In this document: piece after piece, positions 47,034-57,645 of the stretch
Layout: each line of letters opens with the position of its first letter
Position numbering within the stretch: position 1 is the first letter of the stretch
Assembly (NCBI GenBank): GCA_963827905.1
Contig: CAWHCB010000013.1
Span: 26,300-90,299 of the forward strand
Reading direction: 5' to 3'
DNA from: Methanomassiliicoccaceae archaeon
GTDB taxonomy: Archaea; Thermoplasmatota; Thermoplasmata; Methanomassiliicoccales; UBA472
DNA length: 64,000 nucleotides
The notes under the pieces: model-generated
Seen by the model: only the letters and a program-made list of their open reading frames with translations
The model's database searches: none
Told to the model about the DNA's origin: nothing
Program-made: the position numbers and the translations under genes

Positions 47034-48152
47034 TCAGGTCAGGATCAGCACCAAGGCGATGAACACCACGTAGAAGCCCCCTGCCAGGAGCAATGCCGAG
47101 GGCTTGAGCTCGGTGGCGGTGGCCCGGAGGTACAAGATGCTCGCCGACATCAACGCGATGAGGATGCTGATGGCCATGAGCACCCCCGTCGGTTCGCTGA
47201 GGTCGATGTGCCATGAAGTGAGCAATACCCCGATGGTGACGGGGAAGCAGCTCTGGAACACCATGGCCCCAGTTATGTTGCCGATGGCGTAGGTGTCCTT
47301 CCCCTCCTTCACCCACAGATAGCTGTTGAACATCTCCGGAAGCTCGGTGGCGATGGGGGCGATTATCAATGCCAATATGGTGGCGCTTATTCCGGCCACG
47401 GCGGCCAAGGCCTCTACCTGGTCGACGAAGATGATGGCCCCGATGATGATCCCGGCCAGGCCTAAGAACAACTGTATCAGGACCAAGGGCAGGTTCGGCT
47501 CGATCCCCATGACGCTTCCTTCGCACCATCCGTCCGGTCCTCATCGTCATCAGAGGCGTATTGGGTCAGGGGATCGGGACGGGCCCTTCCCGTTCAACCT
47601 ATCCCATGCGCGATGGAGATAGAGGTCCTCGCGGTCGCACTCGGCGCAGCTCTCTCCCGTCCGCAGCGTCACCCAGGTGTAGTAAACGTAGAGGGGGATC
47701 AGGCTGCAGCCCACGATCCAACGCACCCAATCGTACTCCTCCGGGACGAAGGCGGTCAGGGCGGCGATGGTGTAGGCGACGAGGAAGAACTTCAGGTCCC
47801 TCCGGATCAACCTACCGTCGATCGCCAGCGAGACCCTTTTTCGCCTTCTCCGATACAGTAATACCGCTATTCCAGTGACGAACAGGGCCAAGGTCGCCAG
47901 CATGAACGGCGACCCCAATATCGCCCCCACCCCGATCTCCTCCCCCGCCGCCCCTCCGACGAAAAGGATGGCTATCAAGGGGACCAACGTCTCAGGCAAA
48001 GCCGTCCCGATGGCGGCCAGCACGCTCCCTACCGCGCCCTCGGCCAGGTTCAGCTTCTTGCCCAACCATTCCACGGCGTTGGTGAAGAACTCACAGCCGA
48101 TCAATATCAGGGCGAAGCTGGCGATGAAGAGCACGATGTTCGTCGCATCCAT
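47034..48152 (-). CDS. Ca2+/cation antiporter (CaCA, YrbG-like); central loop disrupted near 47520-47580
   Basis: Two homologous halves each carry an alpha-repeat: GSVLAAIGTALPETLVPL and ILALIIAPIATELPEMFNS. The halves are in the same frame but separated by three stop codons. An acidic loop (SDDDEDRTDGAKEAS) is readable in another frame. Confidence 0.75.
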
Positions 48153-48212
48153 GTGGGACCCTTTAGCGGCGGCACGACCGTTCCTGATATTTTAATCAAT
48201 CGATGTGGGACC

Positions 48213-48476
48213 TCAGCCATCTCCATGGGCCGTCTCCCAGATCTTGAAGGTCCCATATATCCCCCAGGCGACGGTTATCGCAGTGAAAAAGGTCGGGGTG
48301 AACCAATCCCCTTGAGGGTATGCGATGAGCCAGGAGATCGCAGCCAAAATGCCAGACACGCTACAGATGATTACTGTGTAGAGGATGAAATCGGAGAGCG
48401 GGGTGAAACTGTAATACCCCGACGATTCGGCTATGCCCTCGGTGATGACGAACGGCTCCAGTTTCTCTAATTCCAT
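48213..48476 (-). CDS. small membrane protein, hypothetical
   Basis: 87 aa with two clear hydrophobic helices. No family recognised. Confidence 0.4.
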   Translation of the reverse strand: MELEKLEPFVITEGIAESSGYYSFTPLSDFILYTVIICSVSGILAAISWLIAYPQGDWFTPTFFTAITVAWGIYGTFKIWETAHGDG

Positions 48477-48622
48477 CTCCTCGTTCGCCTTCGCCTCGAC
48501 CGCATAGACCCGTGATGGGCCTCCTCCTCCATCTCCACACCGTCATCACATTCATTGTGCGAATAATCAATTTGCCGCCAAGGATTTATTACGCCTCCAA
48601 GCGTTGTCCGCCCACCGGTGCG

Positions 48623-49744
48623 ATGATGAACGACTTCAAGGTCACCCCCTGGGAGGTGAGCGGGGACATCGATTACGACGAACTGATCACCCGCTTTGGG
48701 ACGAAAAGGATCGATGAGGAGATGCTCCATCGCCTGGCCAAGTACGGTCCGCTGCATCCGATGCTGCGCCGGGGCGTCTTCTATTCCCAGAGGGACCTGG
48801 AATGGATACTGGACCAGTACGACAAGGGCAACAAGTTCTTCCTGTACACTGGCCGAGGGCCGTCCGGTCACATCCATCTCGGTCACCTGACCCCTTGGAT
48901 ATTCAACAAGTGGATCCAGGACACCTTCGACGTCAAACTATACTTCCAGATGACCGACGACGAGAAGTTCCTCTTCAACGACAACCTCTCCCTGAAGGAC
49001 ACCAAGAACTTCGCTTATGAGAACGCGCTGGACGTCATCGCCCTAGGTTTCGACCCGGCCAAGACCAAGATCGTGCTGGACACTGACTGCATCAAGCTCC
49101 TCTACCCTCTGGCCTTGGAGGTGGCGAAGCGGGTGACGTTCTCGACCGCCAAGGCGGTCTTCGGCTTCGACAACAGCAACAACATCGGCGAGATATTCTA
49201 TACCAGCGTACAGGCGGCGCCTTGCTTCATAGAGCATGCCCTGTATGGGAAGGCCACCCCATGCCTCATTCCCTGCGGCATCGACCAGGACGCGCATTTC
49301 CGGGTGGCCAGGGACGTGGCGCCGATGATCGGCATGCCCAAGCCGGCCCTGCTGCATTCCAAGATGTTCCCCAGCCTCAGCGGGGGGGACAAGATGTCCT
49401 CCTCCGAGCCGAACACCACCATCTTCACCACCGACAACCCCAAGACGGTGAAGAAGAAGATCGGCCAGGCGTTCACTGGCGGGGCGGTGTCGGTGGAGGA
49501 GCAGAGGAAGAACGGCGGCAGGCCGGACATCTGCGCGGTGTTCAAGTACCAGTTCATACTCTTCGAGCCAAGCGACGAAGCGGTCGATCGTTTGGCCGAA
49601 CGCTGCCGGAAGGGGGAGGTCCTATGCGGAGAGTGCAAACAGATCCTGACCGAGCGGATCACGAAGTTCCTGGAAGTGCACCAGCAGAAAAGGGAAGAGG
49701 CGAAGGAGAAGGTACAGGACTTCATGCTGAGCTCGAAATGCTGA
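48623..49744 (+). CDS. trpS: tryptophan--tRNA ligase (archaeal/eukaryotic type)
   Basis: FFLYTGRGPSGHIHLGHL (HIGH), KMSSS (KMSKS equivalent), and the general class Ic layout. Start taken at MMNDFKVTPWEV. Confidence 0.9.
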   Translation: MMNDFKVTPWEVSGDIDYDELITRFGTKRIDEEMLHRLAKYGPLHPMLRRGVFYSQRDLEWILDQYDKGNKFFLYTGRGPSGHIHLGHLTPWIFNKWIQDTFDVKLYFQMTDDEKFLFNDNLSLKDTKNFAYENALDVIALGFDPAKTKIVLDTDCIKLLYPLALEVAKRVTFSTAKAVFGFDNSNNIGEIFYTSVQAAPCFIEHALYGKATPCLIPCGIDQDAHFRVARDVAPMIGMPKPALLHSKMFPSLSGGDKMSSSEPNTTIFTTDNPKTVKKKIGQAFTGGAVSVEEQRKNGGRPDICAVFKYQFILFEPSDEAVDRLAERCRKGEVLCGECKQILTERITKFLEVHQQKREEAKEKVQDFMLSSKC

Positions 49745-50124
49745 AGCTGGAGCCGATCGGCCACGTCCGCAATGGCGTCCTATCCACCAGGGACTTCTCA
49801 GAGGTGGTGTCGGAGATAGAGATGCTTCCCGATTTCGTCCTCGGGCTGTACCGGTTGGAGGAATCGGAGGAGATCGACGTCATATTCCTTTTCGACCGGA
49901 ACATCGACCAGGGGTACAATTTGAAGCTCCATCCCAAAGGTGACCCCGACAACCCCGAGGTGGGCGTGTTCGCGTCGCACAGCCCTTTCCGGCCCAACCC
50001 CATCGGGCTGCAGAGGGTGCGACTGTTGGCCATTGAAGGGGACTGCGTCAGGGTGCGGGGCTTGGACGCCTTCGATGGCACGCCGGTCCTGGACATCAAG
50101 CCTGCCAAGCGCAGGGACCGGTGA
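49738..50124 (+). CDS. TsaA/TrmO-like (UPF0066) tRNA methyltransferase family protein
   Basis: 128 aa. LKLEPIGHVRN...GVFASHSPFRPNPIGLQRVRLLAIEGDCVRVRGLDAFDGTPVLDIKP. The ATG overlaps the trpS stop. Confidence 0.7.
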   Translation: MLKLEPIGHVRNGVLSTRDFSEVVSEIEMLPDFVLGLYRLEESEEIDVIFLFDRNIDQGYNLKLHPKGDPDNPEVGVFASHSPFRPNPIGLQRVRLLAIEGDCVRVRGLDAFDGTPVLDIKPAKRRDR

Positions 50125-50161
50125 AAAATACCAAATACGGTCGAGCTTTTCACTATCGACC

Positions 50162-51682
50162 ATGAGCGCGACGCAGCTGTTGGAAGGGCTGAGCTACCCC
50201 GAGAGGAAGGTATTGCTCACGTTGGACGGCCTGGATGGAGGCGCATCTCCGGAGCGCGTCTTCGAGGCGGGGCAGTTCCAACAGCTGGTGGAGGTCATGA
50301 ACGCCTCCTCCTGGTTGCAGTCCAAGGGCTTGGTCGAGATCAAGGAGAGCGCCAGGAAGTTCTATTCATTGAAGGCCAAGGACATATTGGAGCGAGGTCT
50401 TCCAGAGCGCAAGGCGCTACTGTTCATCGGGTCCAATGGAGGCCGTTGCACCATCGCCGAGCTGGAGCAGGGAATAGGCAAGAGCGATGCCTCCCTGGCC
50501 ATCGGCTGGCTCAAGCGCAAGTCACTGGTCAGCATGGAGAAGGGGGCGGGCGCGCCCACCATGGTGCTGACCGATAATGGCAAAGGGTCATTGGTCGCCG
50601 ATATGCCGGACGAGGCATTGTTGCGCTCCCTCGCCCAAGCCGACCGTCCCGAGGACGAGGTCGACGCCAGCATCGTGGCCCAGTTGAAGACTCGCCAGGA
50701 CCTCATCTCCGAGCGCCTGGTGGTGTCGAGGGAGCTGTCGCTCACGGACCTGGGGCGTGAGGTGCTCGCTTTAGGCATCGAGCTCAAGGAGGAGGTGGCC
50801 CAGCTCACCCCTGAGCTGATCAAGACCGGGAAATGGCGTGATGTCTCCATACGCAAGTACGACGTCAACACCTTCGCCCCCAGCCTATACGCGGCCAAGA
50901 AGCACCCGCTCACCCGCGTGGCCGACGAGGTCCGCCGCATCTTCATCCAGATGGGATTCACCGAGATCGACGACGAGTACGTCCAGGCGGCGTTCTGGAA
51001 CATGGACGCCCTGTTCACGCCCCAGGACCACCCGGCCCGGGACATGCAGGACACATTCTACCTCAGGAAGCCAGCCAAGGTCGAGATCGAGGACGAGGGC
51101 GTCGTCTCCAAGGTGAAGGCGGTGCACGAGAACGGAGGCGACACCGGCTCCTTGGGCTGGCGCTATCAGTGGTCCAGGGAAGAGGCGGAGAGGGCATTGC
51201 TCCGCACCCATACCACGGTCAACACCATCCGTTACCTGGCCAAGAACCCGGACCCCCCGGCCAAAGTGTTCTCCCTCAGTCGCATCTTCAGGAACGAGTC
51301 CATCGACATGACCCATCTGCCCGAGTTCGTGCAGATCGAAGGCATCATTATGGAGGAGGGGGCCAACTTCGACATGCTGGTCAACGTCCTGCGGGAGTTC
51401 TACCGCCGCATGGGGTTCGATACGATCCGGGTCCGCCCAGGGCCTTTCCCTTATACCGAGCCATCGTTGGAGATCGACATCTACTTCAATGGAAGATGGA
51501 TGGAGCTGGGCGGCGCAGGGGTGTTCCGTCCCGAGGTGACCGCGCCCTTGGGCGTAAAGCACCCGGTACTCGCCTGGGGCCTGGGCTTCGAGAGGCTGGC
51601 CATGCTGCGCTGGAACCTGAAGGACATCCGTGAGCTCTACATCACGGACCTGGACATGCTTCGCTCCAGTCCTGTCTTTTGA
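50162..51682 (+). CDS. pheS: phenylalanine--tRNA ligase alpha subunit
   Basis: 506 aa. N-terminal winged-helix repeats, then the class II core FTPQDHPARDMQDTFY, LRTHTT, FRNE and GAGVFRPEV...GLGFERLAM. Confidence 0.9.
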   Translation: MSATQLLEGLSYPERKVLLTLDGLDGGASPERVFEAGQFQQLVEVMNASSWLQSKGLVEIKESARKFYSLKAKDILERGLPERKALLFIGSNGGRCTIAELEQGIGKSDASLAIGWLKRKSLVSMEKGAGAPTMVLTDNGKGSLVADMPDEALLRSLAQADRPEDEVDASIVAQLKTRQDLISERLVVSRELSLTDLGREVLALGIELKEEVAQLTPELIKTGKWRDVSIRKYDVNTFAPSLYAAKKHPLTRVADEVRRIFIQMGFTEIDDEYVQAAFWNMDALFTPQDHPARDMQDTFYLRKPAKVEIEDEGVVSKVKAVHENGGDTGSLGWRYQWSREEAERALLRTHTTVNTIRYLAKNPDPPAKVFSLSRIFRNESIDMTHLPEFVQIEGIIMEEGANFDMLVNVLREFYRRMGFDTIRVRPGPFPYTEPSLEIDIYFNGRWMELGGAGVFRPEVTAPLGVKHPVLAWGLGFERLAMLRWNLKDIRELYITDLDMLRSSPVF

Positions 51683-52940
51683 TCCCGGCCTTGAGGGCGT
51701 ACTCCGATCCCTTCTCGCGCATCCCTATCGACAGGTAGGCCAAGGACATGGCCTCGTAGATACGGCGCTTGTCCCCCGGCCTGGCCAACCCGACCGCTTT
51801 GCTATAGTATTTTATGGCCTCATGGGGCTCCTGACCTCCCTGACAGGCCCGCCCCATCTCGAAATAGAGCCGCTCGAGGTCCAGCAGGTCGTTGGAACAG
51901 CGGGCGTCGGTCATCATTGGTAGGATGAGGGCCTTTGCCTGGTCTGCCTTGCCCTGAGCGATCAGGACCTCGGCGATGGCACATTCCAGTTCCACATCTA
52001 TGCGGTCTTGCTGGCTTCGACCTTGGACCAAGGCCAGGTATGATAGCTCGAACTCGTTCCGATCGGCAAGGACCCCGCCCTTCAGCTTTATGCCCCGCAA
52101 CCTCTCCCCTGCATCGGTCGAGGCCATCTGCTCCTCGGCCAAGGTCAGGGCGATATCGTATTCATTGACCGCACGGGCCACCCTCCCTTGGACCTCACGG
52201 ACCTTAGGGGCGTAACGGGACGATCCACGCGGGATGGCAATGACCATTCCGAAGAGGTCCTGGTCAGGCTCCGAGCAAAGGATGGTGCCATGGCTGGCTA
52301 CCAACATCTCCGCCTCCAGCGCCCTACCGGCGCGGAGGAGGTGATGCAACCTCTCTCTCCTGTCGCCTTCCTTCAGCCAGTAGTCAGCGGCAAAGGAATG
52401 ATGGGACATGAGGGTGGATGGTTCGATCAAGGGTGGGAGATTGTCCTTGATCTCCTTAGGAAGATCGACCATTCCTTCCTCGTCCTCAGGTAGCAATGTC
52501 ACCGTAGTATGAGGCAAAGCCGATCGTCTGAACGGTCTCCTGAAAACGCTGGCCGCTCCCAGGATGGGACGAAGGTCGGTCGGGGTGGCCTTCCAAAGGT
52601 CAGGGGCCTTGCAGCGACGCATATCGAGCAACGGGGCCAGTTCGATACCCTCCCTGGCGACATAGTCCTTAAGCCTCTTCGCCCTCACTTCCCCTTTCTC
52701 AGTCAGAAAATAGACCTTTCGTTTCGTGGGTCCTCGTCGGATGTGGGACAGACGCTCCGAGACCTCCTCGACCTCCTTGAGCTTCTTCAGCTCTATGGCG
52801 GCATGGGCCCGGGAAATGCGCAAGGCCTCCGCGATCCCATCCTGACTGACCTCAGGCGGGGCGTCGAAGCTATCAGAATGTTTCGAGAACTGGGACAGGT
52901 GCAACAATATCCTCTCGCCGACTGTGACTGCACTAGGCAT
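51642..52940 (-). CDS. winged-helix DNA-binding protein with C-terminal TPR-like repeats
   Basis: The N-terminus GERILLHLSQF...SQDGIAEALRISRAHAAIELKKLKE...KRKVYFLTEKG is wHTH-like. The C-terminal about 200 aa are TPR-like. Start chosen at MPSAVTV. The 3' end overlaps pheS by 41 nt. Confidence 0.55.
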   Translation of the reverse strand: MPSAVTVGERILLHLSQFSKHSDSFDAPPEVSQDGIAEALRISRAHAAIELKKLKEVEEVSERLSHIRRGPTKRKVYFLTEKGEVRAKRLKDYVAREGIELAPLLDMRRCKAPDLWKATPTDLRPILGAASVFRRPFRRSALPHTTVTLLPEDEEGMVDLPKEIKDNLPPLIEPSTLMSHHSFAADYWLKEGDRRERLHHLLRAGRALEAEMLVASHGTILCSEPDQDLFGMVIAIPRGSSRYAPKVREVQGRVARAVNEYDIALTLAEEQMASTDAGERLRGIKLKGGVLADRNEFELSYLALVQGRSQQDRIDVELECAIAEVLIAQGKADQAKALILPMMTDARCSNDLLDLERLYFEMGRACQGGQEPHEAIKYYSKAVGLARPGDKRRIYEAMSLAYLSIGMREKGSEYALKAGIKRQDWSEACPGP

Positions 52941-53062
52941 GGTATCCTCCCTGGGACGGCGTGGGCATGCCATGAGGGACACCATTACAATTACGCTACG
53001 CGAATCAACCTTGATAACGGCCAGACGCAAACATTAATTCGTGCCGAGACGCTCCCCGGTCC

Positions 53063-53899
53063 ATGCGCCTGCTTCTATCCAGCCTCGAGGACAGGGCTAG
53101 CATCAACATCCGCGACCGTCTAATGGAGATGGCGGACTGGACCGAGATAGGTACCTTCAGGGAAGGGCCGGTATACCGCCGGGGTGACGATGTTCTGGTC
53201 ACGATCGATAGTCCCCACCTTTTCTCCGACGACATCGACGCGGCCGTGAGCCAGGAACTAGGGGTCCAGATCGAAAGGGTTCTGTTCCTTTCCCGGCACA
53301 AGGCGGCCTCTGGCATCCCCACCCTGACGGTGCACCCCATAGGCAACTATGGTACGGCGGACTTCGGGGGTCGTCCGGGAGAGCTCGTCCCCTCCGACCC
53401 AAGGCTGATGACCGCCCTACTGATCAAACTGACCGAGAGTGCGAAGGGGTTGCCCTTCCAGGTGTCTTTCGAGACCACCCACCATGGTCCATGGATGAAA
53501 ATACCCACCTCCTACATCGAGATCGGCAGCGGGGAGGACAACTGGGGGCATGAGGGGGCGGCCAAGGCCATCGCATCGGCCGTGCTCCAGGCCGACCCGT
53601 TGGACGACCCGATCGCCATCGGCGTGGGGGGCGGCCACTATGCCCCCCGCTTCAGCGAGGTCTGCCTGACCAAGCGCATCAGCTTCGGCCATATGGTGCC
53701 CAACTACGCCATCGAGAAGGTGGATGACGCCATAGCGTTGGAAAGGATGGGGAAGGCGGCGGAGGCCAGCAAGGCAGAGATGGTATACATTCACAGGAAA
53801 TCTATGAGTCGGAGCCGGGCCACCGAACTGAAGGAATTGGCACGCTCACTGGGTCTGGAAGCGGTGGAAAGCAATGACCTGGAAGACCGATCCGTTTAA
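53063..53899 (+). CDS. dtdA: D-aminoacyl-tRNA deacylase, archaeal type (DtdA)
   Basis: 278 aa. FLSRHKAASGIPTLTVHPIGN...ETTHHGP...IEIGS...GGGHYAPRF. Confidence 0.8.
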   Translation: MRLLLSSLEDRASINIRDRLMEMADWTEIGTFREGPVYRRGDDVLVTIDSPHLFSDDIDAAVSQELGVQIERVLFLSRHKAASGIPTLTVHPIGNYGTADFGGRPGELVPSDPRLMTALLIKLTESAKGLPFQVSFETTHHGPWMKIPTSYIEIGSGEDNWGHEGAAKAIASAVLQADPLDDPIAIGVGGGHYAPRFSEVCLTKRISFGHMVPNYAIEKVDDAIALERMGKAAEASKAEMVYIHRKSMSRSRATELKELARSLGLEAVESNDLEDRSV

Positions 53900-53928
53900 G
53901 ATTTGTCTTAAAAGTTAGACCGGGCGGG

Positions 53929-54612
53929 TCAATCCCCCACGTAGGTCCCCTCGACCTCCAGGCCGAGGATGGCCTTGCGCAGCTCCTCGAGGTTCCGTCC
54001 GTTGACGATGTAGATGGGGATGCGATGTTTCATGGCGATGTCCGCACCCAGTCGGTCGAAAACGTCGGATGGTCCCGCGCCATGCTCACCTTTGTTGACA
54101 AGGTCATAGAGCTCCTTGAAGCTGATGCGGTGAAGCCGTCTGGCCTCCTTGAACTTCTTCGGGTCGGCGGTGTAGGCCGCGTCCACCGATGTGGCGTTCA
54201 CGATGCGACTGGCATGGACCTCCTCGGCCAACATCGCCGACACCGCGTCCGTGGTATGCCCCGGCACCGTGCCCCCCATGACCACGACCTTGCCTGGCTG
54301 GGCGATGAGCTTGGCGTCCTTGACGGTGTGAGGCACCCGCCTCACCGCTTTGTCACCCAAGGCCAGTTGCACCAGGCCGGCGTTGAGCCTGGTCACCCCT
54401 ATCCCCAGCTCGTCCAGCTCATGGACGCTCGCGCCCAGCTCCCGACCGGCGTTGATGTAGTAGCGGGCCACCTTGCCACCCCCGCAGACCAGGAAGACCT
54501 GCCTCTCCTCGCACAGCCCTTCGATGAGCTTCGCCAGCGAGGCGAGGTACACATGATCGTCATTGCCAGGGACTATGACCGAACCCCCGATTGAAACCAC
54601 CACGTTCTCCAT
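53929..54612 (-). CDS. pyrH: UMP kinase (archaeal PyrH)
   Basis: VVSIGGSVI, VCGGGKVARYY, GGTVPGHTTDAVSA, VDAAYTADPKK. Start at MENVVV. Confidence 0.85.
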   Translation of the reverse strand: MENVVVSIGGSVIVPGNDDHVYLASLAKLIEGLCEERQVFLVCGGGKVARYYINAGRELGASVHELDELGIGVTRLNAGLVQLALGDKAVRRVPHTVKDAKLIAQPGKVVVMGGTVPGHTTDAVSAMLAEEVHASRIVNATSVDAAYTADPKKFKEARRLHRISFKELYDLVNKGEHGAGPSDVFDRLGADIAMKHRIPIYIVNGRNLEELRKAILGLEVEGTYVGD

Positions 54613-54679
54613 GGCTGCACCAACAGATTTATCAGGGTAATCCTTTCTCCCCATTAAAAACCATAAGGTAGTCCATACT

Positions 54680-55927
54680 ATGGCTGAAAAGATCCAAGGG
54701 GAGACCCTCACCGATCGTCAGAAGTACGATTTCAAGAGGGACCTCGAGACCATCAAGAATTTGAAGGGCCGCGGTACCGAGCTCATCTCAGTCTACGTGC
54801 CGCCCACCAAGCAGATATCGGATGTGTCGAACTATCTGCGAGAGGAGTTCTCCCAGGCATCCAACATCAAGTCGCAAGGCACCAGGAAGAACGTGCAGGG
54901 CGCCATCCAGTCCATATTGGCCCGCCTAAAGTACTTCAAGACCCCGCCCGCCAACGGGGTGGTCTTCTTCGTGGGTGAGACGGCGAGCGTCGGTGATCAG
55001 ACCAAAATGATCCAGTATGTGCTCGAGCCCCCAGACCCGATCACCACCTTCCTATACCGTTGCGATTCCGAGTTCTACCTTGAGCCATTGCAGGACATGC
55101 TGCTCGACAAGAAGGTCTATGGCCTCATCGTGGTGGACCGCAGCGAGGCGACACTGGGCGTGCTGCGCGGCAAACGCATCATCGTGATCCGTAACTTCGA
55201 TTCCCTCGTCCCTTCCAAGCACAGGAAGGGAGGGCAATCGGCCCAGCGATTCGAACGGCTCATCGAGATCGCCGCCAATGATTATTACAACAAATTGGCC
55301 AACCTTGCCACTGACTCGTTCCTGAACCTGGAAGGGTTGGCAGGGATACTTATCGGAGGGCCAGGACCGACCAAGGATTACTTCGCCGACACGGGATACC
55401 TTCATCACGAGCTGCAGAAGAAGGTCCTAGGCACCTACGACATCGGCTACACGGACGAGTACGGGCTCAAGGAGCTGGTGGACAAGGCCAAGGAAGACCT
55501 GAGCGATCTTGACCTGATGCGGGAGAAGAGGCTCATCCTTCGCCTGTTGGAGGAGATCCGCAAGAGCGAGGGCAGCCTGGCCGCCTATGGTGAGGACGAG
55601 GTGCGCCATGCCATCCAGATCGGTCAGGTGGACATCCTGCTTCTATCGGAAGGGCTGCGCAAGAGGCGGGTCGAGATCAATTGCCCACACTGTGGCTTCA
55701 GCGGCAAGGTCAGCGTGCCCACCGTCCCAGATGTCATACCCTGCCCCAAATGCGACCAGAGCGCCAACGTCGGGGCAGACATGGACATAGTGGACGAGCT
55801 GTTCGAGCTGGCAGATAGCATGGGCACGAAGGTGGAACTGATATCCGCCGATTCCGAGGAGGGCGACATGCTCCTCAAGGCGTTCGGCGGCATAGCCGCG
55901 CTGTTGCGCTTCGCTACGAGTGGGTGA
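54680..55927 (+). CDS. prf1: peptide chain release factor aRF1
   Basis: 415 aa. NIKS motif (QASNIKSQ), GGQ motif (HRKGGQSAQRF), C-terminal zinc-ribbon insertion CPHCG...CPKC. A TTAAAAA box lies about 25 nt upstream. Confidence 0.9.
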   Translation: MAEKIQGETLTDRQKYDFKRDLETIKNLKGRGTELISVYVPPTKQISDVSNYLREEFSQASNIKSQGTRKNVQGAIQSILARLKYFKTPPANGVVFFVGETASVGDQTKMIQYVLEPPDPITTFLYRCDSEFYLEPLQDMLLDKKVYGLIVVDRSEATLGVLRGKRIIVIRNFDSLVPSKHRKGGQSAQRFERLIEIAANDYYNKLANLATDSFLNLEGLAGILIGGPGPTKDYFADTGYLHHELQKKVLGTYDIGYTDEYGLKELVDKAKEDLSDLDLMREKRLILRLLEEIRKSEGSLAAYGEDEVRHAIQIGQVDILLLSEGLRKRRVEINCPHCGFSGKVSVPTVPDVIPCPKCDQSANVGADMDIVDELFELADSMGTKVELISADSEEGDMLLKAFGGIAALLRFATSG

Positions 55928-57645
55928 CCATGGACCCGATGGAGCCGTTCCGGGCCGCCGTACGATCGGCGGTCGATGCCGCACTGGTCTCTTTGGGCTT
56001 GGCAGCGGAATACGAGGTGGAGGTCCCACCCGTCGAAATGTCCGATTTCGCCGTTCCCTGCTTCCCTTTGGCCAAGAAGGCGCGCAAGGCGCCGGTCCAG
56101 ATCGCTGAGGAGATAGCCTCCGCGGTTATCCTGGGCGACAGGTTGGAGAAGGTTTGGGCCGACCGAGGTTACGTCAACTTCCTGGTCAATCGCAATCTGC
56201 TCTGCCAGCAGACATTGGAGGTCATCATCAACGTCAAGGAGGCCTATGGCCGCTCCGAGCCCAAGGGCGTGAAGGTACTGCTGGAGCATACCTCGGTGAA
56301 CCCCACCGGACCGATCCACGTGGGCCGGGCCCGCAACCCCTTGATCGGCGATACCCTGGGCCGCTGCCTGAAACTTTGCGGTTATGACGTCACCACCGAG
56401 TACCTCGTCAACGATGTGGGCAAACAGGTGGTGCTGTTGGCCTGGGGCGTGTCCAACATCCCGGACTCTGAGATCAGTACAGCCGACCAGGAGAAGGCCG
56501 ACCATCGCCTGGTCGGATATTACCAGAAGGCCAACGAGCTCATGGAATCGGATCCCCGGGTGGGTGAGCAGGTGGCAGGTATGCTGGTCCGCTTCGAGTC
56601 CGGCGATCGAGAGGTCATCGAGCAGGTGGCGGAGACCACGGAACTGATGCTGGACGGCATCCGTTCCAGCTTGGAGGATGTCAACGTCAGGTTGGACCGT
56701 TATACCTGGGAGTCACAGTTCATCATCGATGGTTCATCGAGGGCGGTGGTGGACCGCCTCAAAGCCTCGCCCTACTGCCGCGAGGAGGATGGAGCGTTCT
56801 ATCTGGAGCTGGAGGAGTTCGGCATCCATGGCAAGAACACCCGGTTCACGTTCACACGAAGGGACGGAACCACGCTGTACACCACCCGAGACCTCGCCTA
56901 CCACCTGAACAAGTTCAGCCGGGCCGACCGGCTCATCAACGTCCTGGGAGAGGACCAGAAGTTGGGCATGACCCACCTGGCCGCCGCCCTCAAGATAATG
57001 GGGGTCGATAAAGCCCCAGAGTGCGTCTTCTATGCCTTCGTGGCGCTACCCGAGGGGCGCATGTCCACCCGGAAGGGGCGGGTGGTCTACCTTGACGACC
57101 TGATAGATGAGGCCGAGGACCGTGCCATGGAGGAGGTGCGCAAACGTCGCACCGACATCTCCGAGGAAAGAATGTTCGAGATCGCCAGGCAGATCGGGGC
57201 CGGGGCAATACGCTACAACATCATCCGGGTTCAGCCGGAGAAGCAGCTGGTCTTCCAGTGGGAGGACGCCCTCAACTTCGAGGGAAATTCCGCACCGTTC
57301 GTGCAGTACGCCCATGCCCGGGCCTGCAGCATATTGCGCAAGGCAGGGAGCTACCGCCCCGAAGTGGACGTGAGGCAGTTGGAGCACGAATCGGAGAGAA
57401 AACTTATTCGTGTCCTCTCCCTATACCCCAGCATAATCAAGGAGGCAGGGGAGAGGCGCAAGATCCACGCCCTTCCCGCTTACGGCCACGAATTGGCCTC
57501 GGCCTTCAACCAGTTCTACCAGTCAGTGCCGGTGCTCAAGTCAGGAGAGCATCAGGACGCCAGACTGTGCCTGGTGGAGGCGACGATGTGGACCCTGCGC
57601 AGTGCGCTGGGGGCGATGGGGATCGCAGCGCCGGAGGAGATGTAA
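55924..57645 (+). CDS. argS: arginine--tRNA ligase
   Basis: 573 aa. EHTSVNPTGPIHVGRARN (HIGH region), MSTRKG (KMSK-like) and a DALR anticodon-binding C-terminus. Confidence 0.9.
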   Translation: MTMDPMEPFRAAVRSAVDAALVSLGLAAEYEVEVPPVEMSDFAVPCFPLAKKARKAPVQIAEEIASAVILGDRLEKVWADRGYVNFLVNRNLLCQQTLEVIINVKEAYGRSEPKGVKVLLEHTSVNPTGPIHVGRARNPLIGDTLGRCLKLCGYDVTTEYLVNDVGKQVVLLAWGVSNIPDSEISTADQEKADHRLVGYYQKANELMESDPRVGEQVAGMLVRFESGDREVIEQVAETTELMLDGIRSSLEDVNVRLDRYTWESQFIIDGSSRAVVDRLKASPYCREEDGAFYLELEEFGIHGKNTRFTFTRRDGTTLYTTRDLAYHLNKFSRADRLINVLGEDQKLGMTHLAAALKIMGVDKAPECVFYAFVALPEGRMSTRKGRVVYLDDLIDEAEDRAMEEVRKRRTDISEERMFEIARQIGAGAIRYNIIRVQPEKQLVFQWEDALNFEGNSAPFVQYAHARACSILRKAGSYRPEVDVRQLEHESERKLIRVLSLYPSIIKEAGERRKIHALPAYGHELASAFNQFYQSVPVLKSGEHQDARLCLVEATMWTLRSALGAMGIAAPEEM

